Below are positions 37,623 through 45,337 of a DNA stretch of 64,000 nt, in pieces. Origin of the DNA: Candidatus Pacearchaeota archaeon CG10_big_fil_rev_8_21_14_0_10_34_76 (GTDB lineage: Archaea > Nanobdellota > Nanobdellia > Pacearchaeales > GW2011-AR1); the NCBI GenBank assembly GCA_002763075.1, contig PFDB01000010.1, positions 6,553-70,552 of the forward strand, read 5' to 3'. Position numbers and translations under genes: made by a program. Below the pieces are notes generated by a model. The model was not told the origin of the DNA. It saw only the letters and a program-made list of their open reading frames with translations, and searched no databases. The number at the start of each line of letters is the position of its first letter. Position 1 is the stretch's first letter.

Positions 37623-38031
37623 GTTTATCGCCTCCTTTCATTGTATGTAGAATATGTATACAATTCTTAGCCATATGCTTATCAATCATGTCCATCATAG
37701 GTAAAATTGTCTTTTCATTCAACTTGTAAAATCTGAATTTTCCATCACTTTCCATTTCAACAAACCCACATTTTCTCAATCTAGAAAGATTATGACTCAC
37801 AGAAGTCTGATCCATTTTCAACTCATTCATTATTTCAGAAACATTCTTTTTTCCATCTCTCAAAAAGTTAATTATTTTTAATCTCGGCTCACTCACTAAA
37901 GTTCCAAAGAATATCTTATAAGATTCATAAAGCTCTGCTTCACTCATGTGCCCATGTTCAATGTGTTTTAACATGTCTTTACTCATCATATGATGATTTA
38001 ATACATATATAGTATTTAAACCTTTTGACAA
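37609..38031 (-). CDS. ArsR/SmtB family metalloregulator
   Basis: SEPRLKIINFLRDGKKNVSEIMNELKMDQTSVSHNLSRLRKCGFV is the ArsR-type wHTH. Confidence 0.85.
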   Translation of the reverse strand: MSKGLNTIYVLNHHMMSKDMLKHIEHGHMSEAELYESYKIFFGTLVSEPRLKIINFLRDGKKNVSEIMNELKMDQTSVSHNLSRLRKCGFVEMESDGKFRFYKLNEKTILPMMDMIDKHMAKNCIHILHTMKGGDKHGEK

Positions 38032-38046
38032 AACCAGATTATCGGA

Positions 38047-38493
38047 CTATTTCTTCAGCATCAGCAAACTTCCAAGCAAAACCAACACAACTAAAACCTG
38101 TATCTCGATACCTTGAAAAGGAAGGCTTGCAAAACTAAAAGATATTCCTATGAAAGACAATATCAAAGGAAGCAAACCAGTAATACACAATGGACAAACA
38201 CCCACAACAAGTCCTCCAATAGCTCCAACTCCAGCAACAGCACTTTCTTTTTTACACTCCTTTCTTTGCTTATATCTCATAAATGCAAGCACAGAAGTCA
38301 TAGCAACGAGAACTCCAATCATTAAAGTTAATCCCAGAGAAATCCCAAGCTTCACCCAATCAACACTTTTTGCATAAATCACAATAAGCGGAATAGTATA
38401 ATAAAACCCACTAAGGATAATATTCAAAATCAGATAAAAAATAAAAATTCCTACAACCCAGAATACATACGGCTTTCTGAACAATTCTTTCAT
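38047..38493 (-). CDS. polytopic membrane protein with an intramembrane CxxC (short paralog)
   Basis: ...GAIGGLVVGVCPLCITGLLPLILSFIGISFSFASLPFQGIEIQVL... has the same G-x-CxxC ... LPF-G-(L/I)E(I) layout as A1, A2 and A3. Confidence 0.65.
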   Translation of the reverse strand: MKELFRKPYVFWVVGIFIFYLILNIILSGFYYTIPLIVIYAKSVDWVKLGISLGLTLMIGVLVAMTSVLAFMRYKQRKECKKESAVAGVGAIGGLVVGVCPLCITGLLPLILSFIGISFSFASLPFQGIEIQVLVVLVLLGSLLMLKK

Positions 38494-38514
38494 CTTTATT
38501 TAAAATCTCACGAT

Positions 38515-39051
38515 TCATTCTTTATATATTATCTCTTGAGTTATATCAATAAATTCAAGGCATAACTTTTCTATTTTATCCAATTGCTGCTCATCCCTGA
38601 CCTTAAGATCAACTCCATAAGTATAATCCTCTCTGAGTTCAATTACACTATTTTCATGATTCATCTGCTCGTCTTCATATTTCATAAAATCTAGAATTTC
38701 TTTTTTGATATCTATTATTCCCTGCTCTTGCAGAGAGTCTATTAAAGTTATTGTGCAAGTCTGATTTTTCGATTCGTATCCAAATTTTGCTGTAATAGAC
38801 AAAAAACAGTGATATAATGAATAAAATCCTACACCCATAGCTAAATCCGAGAAATCATTCTCTCTTAAAAGTCTAAACCCTTTAAGAAAATGTCTGGCCT
38901 TATCCACGTGCTGAAATGCAAGGTTTTTGTCAGGGTTTATTTTAAGCAATCCTCTGTGACGAGGTTTTTTGTTTTGTTTTTCAGATTCATTGAGTTCCCT
39001 CTCTGCTTTTCTCAAACACCATTCAATTTTTTTAGAAACTTGTGAATCCAT
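38515..39051 (-). CDS. HEPN domain protein
   Basis: The helical pattern HVDKARHFLKGFRLLRENDFSDLAMGVGFYSLYHCFLSITAKFG is typical of HEPN. It overlaps the upstream MNT gene by 20 nt. Confidence 0.6.
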   Translation of the reverse strand: MDSQVSKKIEWCLRKAERELNESEKQNKKPRHRGLLKINPDKNLAFQHVDKARHFLKGFRLLRENDFSDLAMGVGFYSLYHCFLSITAKFGYESKNQTCTITLIDSLQEQGIIDIKKEILDFMKYEDEQMNHENSVIELREDYTYGVDLKVRDEQQLDKIEKLCLEFIDITQEIIYKE

Positions 39052-39622
39052 TCATTATCTCCATATAATTATCATAGCCACATAAAATAATTCCTGTTCT
39101 AATTATCTCCAATATTGCTTTATTATTACTTCTTAAATTTCTTATAAAATCATGTTTTGTTGATTTGATTGCATGAATCTTTTTTGGCAAAACGGCCTGT
39201 ATTTCCTCCAACTTGACATTTACTTCCTTAAATTCTCCTTCCTTAAGGATAATCATAATATCTATATCTTTGGCCTGTGCGTAATTTCTGCTGGCAGATC
39301 CATAAAATAAAATTATCCTTCCCTTTTTACATAAATTTTTGAATTCATTTCTCCATCGATCATGTTTCCCTGCCTCATTTACAAACGCAAATCCCATTAG
39401 TTTCTGTGCCAACTCGTCATATATATCGATTTTATAGATAATTGATTTTCCAATTTGTTTACTTGCCAGAAGGCCAGCTTTTTCGAGCCTTTTCAAGATT
39501 TTCATTGCACCAACCTGAGTTATTTCCAATTTTTTGCTAAGGGAATTTGCATTATAAAAATTAGTAAAATCTTTATAAATTATAATTAAAGCTTCCTGCT
39601 CTTTTCTTGTTAACTCTATCAT
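39032..39622 (-). CDS. wHTH plus minimal nucleotidyltransferase (MNT) protein
   Basis: wHTH (LSKKLEITQVGAMKILKRLEKAGLL) followed by ILFYGSASRNYAQAKDIDIMIIL (GS..DxD). Confidence 0.75.
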   Translation of the reverse strand: MIELTRKEQEALIIIYKDFTNFYNANSLSKKLEITQVGAMKILKRLEKAGLLASKQIGKSIIYKIDIYDELAQKLMGFAFVNEAGKHDRWRNEFKNLCKKGRIILFYGSASRNYAQAKDIDIMIILKEGEFKEVNVKLEEIQAVLPKKIHAIKSTKHDFIRNLRSNNKAILEIIRTGIILCGYDNYMEIMNGFTSF

Positions 39623-39696
39623 CTTAACTTAAAATTATGATATAATAACTTATAGTTAGTTTATAAACCTTTATGGTTTAAATAATGAAGAATTTA

Positions 39697-40089
39697 TCAC
39701 TTAACATTCAACTTTCCAAAACCCATTCCCATAGTGCATGAGAAAGTGTAACTTCCTTTCTTAAGTGCAGGCAATTCCAAAACATCTGATTCTGATTGAA
39801 GATATTTAGAATATTTTTTCCCATCAAAATTAAAAACAACTGACCTTAAACATCCTCTAACTGATGAATCAGCACTCAACGAAATTGGCTGTCCAGCTTT
39901 CACTTCAACATCTTCATAATTGAAACCATCCTGACTAAGAACAACTTTCTGAGTCTGACCATCCAGAGCGTTTTCACCTTCATTGATAACATTTCCAGTC
40001 ACTCCTTTGCTTCCTGCATTAACAAATACGAAACCTCCAACTAAGATAATCATTACTCCTATGCCCATTAAAATCATTGAATTTTTCAT
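39697..40089 (-). CDS. membrane-anchored cupredoxin-like protein
   Basis: N-terminal TM helix. The C-terminal GSYTFSCTMGMGFGKLNV plus upstream Cys is the Cupredoxin_1-type copper-site pattern. Confidence 0.7.
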   Translation of the reverse strand: MKNSMILMGIGVMIILVGGFVFVNAGSKGVTGNVINEGENALDGQTQKVVLSQDGFNYEDVEVKAGQPISLSADSSVRGCLRSVVFNFDGKKYSKYLQSESDVLELPALKKGSYTFSCTMGMGFGKLNVK

Positions 40090-40110
40090 ATTTCTTCTAG
40101 TGAAAATGCC

Positions 40111-40137
40111 TTTTTAAGCTCTTCGATGAGACTAGTC
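40111..40137 (-). promoter_or_regulatory. TATA plus GACTAGTC operator module (cupredoxin promoter)
   Basis: Minus sense: GACTAGTC (40130-40137) - 12 nt - TTAAAAA (40111-40117) - 21 nt - ATG(40089). Confidence 0.6.
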
Positions 40138-40167
40138 AAATAAAAAATAAAAAATAAAAAAACATGT

Positions 40168-40914
40168 TTAGGCTAGTTCAGCGTCAATGATTTGCTTAAA
40201 TACAGAGTAGGGTTGTGCTCCCGAAAGGGGCTTTCCATTGATGAAAAATCCTGGAGTGCCCTGCACACCATAACTGCTCCCATCATTAAGGTCTTTTTGC
40301 ACCTCGCTTCTAAACTTCCCAGAATCAAGACAAGTATCTATATCATATCCAACATCATTTGCCCATTTCTTCAGATCCTCATTTGTGAAACTAACTGTGC
40401 TTCTAACTGGACCAGTATTTGCATCTCCTCCATCAAGGATATTTCCTTCTTGGAAAATTTTGTCATGCATCTTGAAATATGCTTCATCACCACCTTGTTC
40501 CATCACACAATTTGCTGCTTCTGCAGCAGGTGTTGCAGCAGAATGGATGCTATCAAGAGGAAAATCTCTGTAAACAAACCTTACTTTACCTGTATCTATA
40601 TATTCTGATTTTAGTAATGGAAATGTTTCTGTCCAGAACTTTCTACAGAATGGACACTGATAATCAGAAAACTCTATTATTTCAACAGGAGCATTCTCCT
40701 CCCCTAAAACAGGATCGTCATCTGCGCTTACTTCAACTCGAGAAGGTTGAGTAGGCAAGGTTGGAGCATTATTCTCACCAGTGTTCTCCCTTAGGCCTCC
40801 ATCATTTCCTGTAAAAAAGAATATGGCTCCTATAACCAATACAGCCAAAAGCAAAAGTGTGCTATATTTCCATAATGCATCTTTTCTTATAGTTATTGTT
40901 TTTTCTTCACTCAT
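40168..40914 (-). CDS. membrane-anchored DsbA-like thiol:disulfide oxidoreductase (paralog B2)
   Basis: FSDYQCPFCRKFW active site. The N-terminus MSEEKTITIRKDALWKY matches MSEENKGTITIKKDTLWKY of B1. Confidence 0.85.
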   Translation of the reverse strand: MSEEKTITIRKDALWKYSTLLLLAVLVIGAIFFFTGNDGGLRENTGENNAPTLPTQPSRVEVSADDDPVLGEENAPVEIIEFSDYQCPFCRKFWTETFPLLKSEYIDTGKVRFVYRDFPLDSIHSAATPAAEAANCVMEQGGDEAYFKMHDKIFQEGNILDGGDANTGPVRSTVSFTNEDLKKWANDVGYDIDTCLDSGKFRSEVQKDLNDGSSYGVQGTPGFFINGKPLSGAQPYSVFKQIIDAELA

Positions 40915-41483
40915 TTTAACCTCCTTTCACTTTTGTAAAAATTAATCTCACAAGTACCTGCTGAACTCATATCCTCGCTTATTTTCATAATTGAGAAAAA
41001 GAGAATTCCTATAGCTAAAAGTGAGATCTCAAGCCCCCCAAGAGGAAGAAAGACTAAGAAAGCAGAACTCAATCCAAATAAAGATAATGATCCAACTCCG
41101 CATGCAGCGCATCCTGGAGCAATCATTCCCAAAAAAATTCCTCCAACCACAAAAACCCCTGATTTCCCAGAGGTTGTTTTTATGATTAATGTTTTATAAG
41201 TTATCAAACTAAAAAGCATACCAAATAAAACACTAATAATGAGCAAGCTCATGTAAGAGCTAAGTTTTAATGTGGCTCCAAAACCAATTACTAAACTAAA
41301 AAATAAGTTGATTGTTTTTAAAAATCCAAACTCTGGGTAAAAAGAAAAAAGAATTTTCCAGTTGCTTATCACAACATTCACTAAATAAAAAAAAACAGCC
41401 AGGGTTGTTGTTAATAATGGGTATTTCCAATTCATAAAAACTTCTTTCCATGTCTTAATTATTTTATTTATCTTCATTTTCAC
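40911..41483 (-). CDS. polytopic membrane protein with an intramembrane CxxC (paralog A2)
   Basis: ...LGMIAPGCAACGVGSLSLFGLSSAFLVFLPLGGLEISLL... plus a distal Cys (GTCEINF). 4-nt overlaps with both neighbouring genes. Confidence 0.7.
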   Translation of the reverse strand: MKMKINKIIKTWKEVFMNWKYPLLTTTLAVFFYLVNVVISNWKILFSFYPEFGFLKTINLFFSLVIGFGATLKLSSYMSLLIISVLFGMLFSLITYKTLIIKTTSGKSGVFVVGGIFLGMIAPGCAACGVGSLSLFGLSSAFLVFLPLGGLEISLLAIGILFFSIMKISEDMSSAGTCEINFYKSERRLK

Positions 41484-42112
41484 CTGGATGTGTACTCTAT
41501 TAAGATTTCATCTTTATCTTTCATGACGTAATTCTCAAATTCGTTGTTTTCAACACCATTGACATGCATCTTTAATTCTCCATTATCTGTACAGTACTCG
41601 AATATACATTTTGAACTGAATTGTTTGTCCCAAACATAAAAGAAATACCCCAAGGTGAGAGTTTCAGGCTTAGAACTTGGATTATTATTTTCTAAATGAA
41701 TAGTTCCATCTGTTTCATGAGTATGAGTTGGAGACATTCTCATTCCGCTTAAGGAAGTATCAACAATCTTGCCAACGCTCAACCCTATGTCTGTAGAGAT
41801 AGGAATTGTTTCCCCATCAACTTTGATTGTTATTCTTGGATGCCAGTGCACCGCTCCAGAAGGAATAGTGATTTCCCTGCCCCCGAGATCTACATTAAGG
41901 TCTTTCACATTTCTTTCAGGGATTAGTGCTATTACTCCAAAAATTATTAACCCAATGACTACAATAAAAATTGTCAAGTTCCTCATTTTTTTAACAGGCA
42001 ATCTTTTTTTATCCTTAGGCAAAATTTCAGAATGCTTTGCATTATTGTGCGCAATTAAACCCTCAGTGTTCTTGAATACCCTACCACAGACCCCACATGT
42101 TTTCTTCACCAT
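41480..42112 (-). CDS. C2H2 zinc finger - TM helix - His-rich ectodomain protein
   Basis: TCGVCGRVFKNTEGLIAHNNAKH (C-X2-C-X12-H-X4-H), one TM helix, then an ectodomain with HWHP and SPTHTHETDGTIH. Confidence 0.75.
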   Translation of the reverse strand: MVKKTCGVCGRVFKNTEGLIAHNNAKHSEILPKDKKRLPVKKMRNLTIFIVVIGLIIFGVIALIPERNVKDLNVDLGGREITIPSGAVHWHPRITIKVDGETIPISTDIGLSVGKIVDTSLSGMRMSPTHTHETDGTIHLENNNPSSKPETLTLGYFFYVWDKQFSSKCIFEYCTDNGELKMHVNGVENNEFENYVMKDKDEILIEYTSR

Positions 42113-42223
42113 TTTATTATATTATAATTAAAAAGCTATAATACTTTACTATCTGAACAATACCTCTTAAAATGGCTAAAAAGCTCAAATTTGGTCATTT
42201 TAACGTTCATAAGACCATTTTGA

Positions 42224-42721
42224 CTAGAATTTTAAGAATACCTCTAGGGTTTTTCCTTTCTGAATCCTTTTTACAAGCCCTCTTCTTTCAAGCTCTTGAA
42301 GAACATAACTTAATTTAGCCTTAGACATATCAGTTCTTATTCTCAATGTTGATTGTGTGATTCCAGGTTGTTCTCTTATTGCCTTCACAATTTTTTGTTC
42401 GAATGGATCAAGAGCCTTTAATAAAATAGAAAACTTCATATCTTCAATTTTTTCATCCCTCTCTTTTTCAAGTCTTTCAAGGATTGCTTTTTCAGTTTTA
42501 TTAAAAAAGAGAAGATAAAATCCAAGTGCTATTATAAAGGAAAATATCCCTATCGCTATATGTGAAACAGACAAACCCCTTTCAAGTTCAAGACATCCTG
42601 GCTGATTAAAACACCCCATCTCATTTGATTGCTCTGATAAATTCAAGGAATAATAAACAAACATCCCCCCAACAATCAATCCAATAACAATTAAAAGCAC
42701 ACCCAGTTTTTTATTTTCCAT
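42224..42721 (-). CDS. membrane-anchored wHTH regulator with an extracytoplasmic Cys pair (sensor paralog 1)
   Basis: TM1, loop NEMGCFNQPGCLE, TM2, then a cytoplasmic wHTH (ITQSTLRIRTDMSKAKLSYVLQELERRGLVKR). Confidence 0.75.
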   Translation of the reverse strand: MENKKLGVLLIVIGLIVGGMFVYYSLNLSEQSNEMGCFNQPGCLELERGLSVSHIAIGIFSFIIALGFYLLFFNKTEKAILERLEKERDEKIEDMKFSILLKALDPFEQKIVKAIREQPGITQSTLRIRTDMSKAKLSYVLQELERRGLVKRIQKGKTLEVFLKF

Positions 42722-42764
42722 GATAATTGGGGGAATTAATATTTTAAAAATATATCTTATTCCA

Positions 42765-43028
42765 TTATTTCATCTTATTGTATATTGTAGCAAACAGCCA
42801 TCCAACAATCCATGCCAATACTACTATCTCAACAAGTCCAATAATCCCGCTTACTATTGAAACATTTGGGTTTGTTATCTTGCTAATATCCAATCCATGG
42901 AAAAGATATCCAAATAAACTCATTGTAGCTTCTGGAATAACAATTATCAACACGACGCACACAATAAATACTATTCCTGAAACAATTGCTAGCGAATTCG
43001 CCACATTTTTTGTATTTAATTTATCCAT
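42765..43028 (-). CDS. small two-TM membrane protein
   Basis: Start set to the ATG preceded by AAAGGAGGTGAGAAA (SD, 7-nt spacer). The listed MKGGEK extension is read-through of the SD. Confidence 0.6.
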   Translation of the reverse strand: MDKLNTKNVANSLAIVSGIVFIVCVVLIIVIPEATMSLFGYLFHGLDISKITNPNVSIVSGIIGLVEIVVLAWIVGWLFATIYNKMK

Positions 43029-43060
43029 TTTCTCACCTCCTTTCATAACTAAACATCAGA

Positions 43061-43579
43061 TTACTTTAATCTTATCTTGCAAGCTCCTTCCACAGATTTC
43101 CCTGTCAGATATATAGATACCATCAAAATAAAAATTCCAAGAACCTGTATCTCTAGTCCTCTAAAAGGAAAATACATCAATGCTAAAGGCATTCCAACAA
43201 GCCCAAAGAGGAATGCTCCACATGTTGGGCATCCAACTCCAAAAGCAGCAATTCCCGAGCCAATAAATCCAACTATTCCCTTTCCTTCCATTTTTTTATA
43301 ATTCTCAAACTTAAAGAAAATCATTGACATCAAAATTCCAGATAATACAGCAGTCACTATAATACTCGCCACACTAAATGTTATAAAAGCAGTCCCAGAC
43401 ATCATCACAGATATCCAGATGCTGTTATCAGCCACCTTAGCAACTAAAAAATAATACAAAATACCAAAAATCGCAATTCCTACTAACGAAGCTATTAACT
43501 TATACTTTCTACTACTCAACACTTCCCCAACAATAACAAATGTGTTGCCACATTCATCTTTTAGATTCATCCCAAACAC
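43061..43579 (-). CDS. polytopic membrane protein with an intramembrane CxxC (paralog A3)
   Basis: ...GSGIAAFGVGCPTCGAFLFGLVGMPLALMYFPFRGLEIQVL... plus a distal Cys (GACKIRL). Confidence 0.7.
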   Translation of the reverse strand: MFGMNLKDECGNTFVIVGEVLSSRKYKLIASLVGIAIFGILYYFLVAKVADNSIWISVMMSGTAFITFSVASIIVTAVLSGILMSMIFFKFENYKKMEGKGIVGFIGSGIAAFGVGCPTCGAFLFGLVGMPLALMYFPFRGLEIQVLGIFILMVSIYLTGKSVEGACKIRLK

Positions 43580-43785
43580 TCCGCATATATATTAGGATGA
43601 TGGCTCATATGTTCTCTCCAGCTTTCTTCGGTGTATCCTGGTTGAACATTACATTTTTCATTCCCAGAACTTCCAGCATCACTAATTGCATAGATTATCC
43701 CAGGAAATAAGGTAAGCAACAATAACCCGATCGAGACAATCCCTAAAACTATGTATAATATTATTTTTTTATTCATTAATGGCAT
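43567..43785 (-). CDS. small membrane-anchored protein with a Cys/His motif
   Basis: 72 aa: TM helix followed by CNVQPGYTEESWREHMSHHPNIYAEC. Confidence 0.5.
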   Translation of the reverse strand: MPLMNKKIILYIVLGIVSIGLLLLTLFPGIIYAISDAGSSGNEKCNVQPGYTEESWREHMSHHPNIYAECLG

Positions 43786-44255
43786 TTTCCTCCTTTCAAT
43801 ACGTTATTCATTTTTCTCCTATGATTTACCATAACAATTATTCCAAGAACATTAGATAATATTCCAATAGTCAATATCTCTGACTGATATTGAGCAAGAA
43901 AAACAGCCAACCCAGATAAACCTATAATTGGAATCACATTAAGAAGAAAATGACTACAACACGCAACCATACTTCCCGCAGAAAGAGTTCCAGTTCCTGC
44001 AACAGTTGCATTCACTCCGGCACTATGCCTTATTGATGTAAAAAGCCCGACTTGTATCCCAAATCCCCCAGCAAGAGGAATGATAAAATACCACAAGCTC
44101 CTCAAACTAAAAAATGCAAAAGCAACTCCTTGGAAAATGCTTATAACGCCTAAGTAAAATAGAACAAGTCCAATTCCTGCTAACAATCCATACAAAATTG
44201 CATTACTTTTTCTACTATTTTTTACATATCTCATGTTATTCCATACAGCATTCAA
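43776..44255 (-). CDS. polytopic membrane protein with a vicinal CC (divergent member of the CxxC family)
   Basis: ...GTLSAGSMVACCSHFLLNVIPIIGLSGLAVFLAQYQSEIL... is colinear with the CxxC..GLSG..LP..E segment of A1-A3. Confidence 0.6.
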   Translation of the reverse strand: MNAVWNNMRYVKNSRKSNAILYGLLAGIGLVLFYLGVISIFQGVAFAFFSLRSLWYFIIPLAGGFGIQVGLFTSIRHSAGVNATVAGTGTLSAGSMVACCSHFLLNVIPIIGLSGLAVFLAQYQSEILTIGILSNVLGIIVMVNHRRKMNNVLKGGKCH

Positions 44256-44727
44256 GAAGTTTTTTTACAGATGCAAAAACACTCTTTTTTTCATTGCTAC
44301 TTCCCATATTTATTTTCCCTGATTTCTTAAGATTAGAATCAATGTTCAATTTCCAAAACATTCCATACAGCTCTGCAGAATCTTTATACATTTCATCTGC
44401 CTCTTTCTCCTTTCCATCATGCAAAAGTCTGTTTCCTGTTTCAAATAATCTCATACTACTTGCCAGAAAGTGCTTGCTCATGCACCATTTCTCTCCTCCA
44501 TCATCATCTCTCACAATCAACTTCAAAAGTTTCTTTCTCAACTCTCTTACATTTTCAAGCATCTCAAGATATTTTTTGTCTTCTGTCTTCACATAACTAA
44601 AGAAACAATGCTCTTCCAAGGAGACAAGATTCATTATTCCAATAGAAAGATCTTCCCATGCAGATATATCTAACTCTTTCTTTCCCTTCACTTCTTCAAT
44701 CTTTTTCACAAAGTTATCAATTTTCAT
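44236..44727 (-). CDS. cytoplasmic helical protein with a Cys-rich C-terminus
   Basis: 163 aa with no TM helix. Cys at EEHCFF and KWCMSKH, and a terminal LLECCME. Confidence 0.55.
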   Translation of the reverse strand: MKIDNFVKKIEEVKGKKELDISAWEDLSIGIMNLVSLEEHCFFSYVKTEDKKYLEMLENVRELRKKLLKLIVRDDDGGEKWCMSKHFLASSMRLFETGNRLLHDGKEKEADEMYKDSAELYGMFWKLNIDSNLKKSGKINMGSSNEKKSVFASVKKLLECCME

Positions 44728-44728
44728 A

Positions 44729-45265
44729 TTATATTATTACAAACTGGATTAATAATGAGGAGATTATAAGCAACGCAAATGTCACAATAAGTCCTTGGAA
44801 TGGAATTCCTTTTCCATTTCTCTTTTCTTTTATCTTCCTACTCAATGAAGGAGAGACAAATACTATTACTCCTCCAAATAAACTACTTATCAAAGAGTAG
44901 TCAATAGCATAAGTTATTCCATATTCTCCTAAGAATGGTAAATACAATGGCCCTAAAGCACTAAATATTGGCATCAATGGCAATACAGTAAGAACAAACA
45001 CGCCCACAATTATCAACGTCTTCTGAAATGGAATATATCTTTTTTTTACAATTCTAGCAAACCACATCCCCATAGACATAGCAAAAGCCCCGATGAAAAG
45101 TGCTACGATTACCTTGCTGACTCCAAGCCAAACAGCTCCTGCAGCAGCAGCCCCTGCTCCAATAGTGCAAAGAGGACAATGCGCATATACACTTTCGGCC
45201 AGCATCAGAATAAATACAGGCATAGCAAACAGCCAAACCATCCACTTGTTGAATATTTTTTTCAT
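44729..45265 (-). CDS. polytopic membrane protein with an N-terminal HCPLC motif
   Basis: Signal-like helix, then AHCPLCTIGAGAAAAGAVWLG and four further TM helices. First gene of a seven-gene minus-strand operon. Confidence 0.65.
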   Translation of the reverse strand: MKKIFNKWMVWLFAMPVFILMLAESVYAHCPLCTIGAGAAAAGAVWLGVSKVIVALFIGAFAMSMGMWFARIVKKRYIPFQKTLIIVGVFVLTVLPLMPIFSALGPLYLPFLGEYGITYAIDYSLISSLFGGVIVFVSPSLSRKIKEKRNGKGIPFQGLIVTFALLIISSLLIQFVII

Positions 45266-45286
45266 GCTTACTCAAGTAAGATATTT

Positions 45287-45313
45287 ATTATAAGAGCTTT
45301 TGCGCGACTAGTC
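45287..45313 (-). promoter_or_regulatory. TATA plus GACTAGTC operator module (promoter of the 45265-42224 operon)
   Basis: Minus sense: GACTAGTC (45306-45313, within near-palindrome GCGCGACTAGTCACGC) - 12 nt - TTATAAT (45287-45293) - 21 nt - ATG(45265). 45289-45313 is an exact 25-nt copy of 47765-47789. Confidence 0.7.
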
Positions 45314-45337
45314 ACGCATCACATTCCCCAATGAAAA

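Noticed and set aside
40192-40754. Three plus-strand ORFs inside the DsbA-like gene B2
   Set aside because: They are antisense to a gene with a clear CPFC thioredoxin fold that is paralogous to B1.
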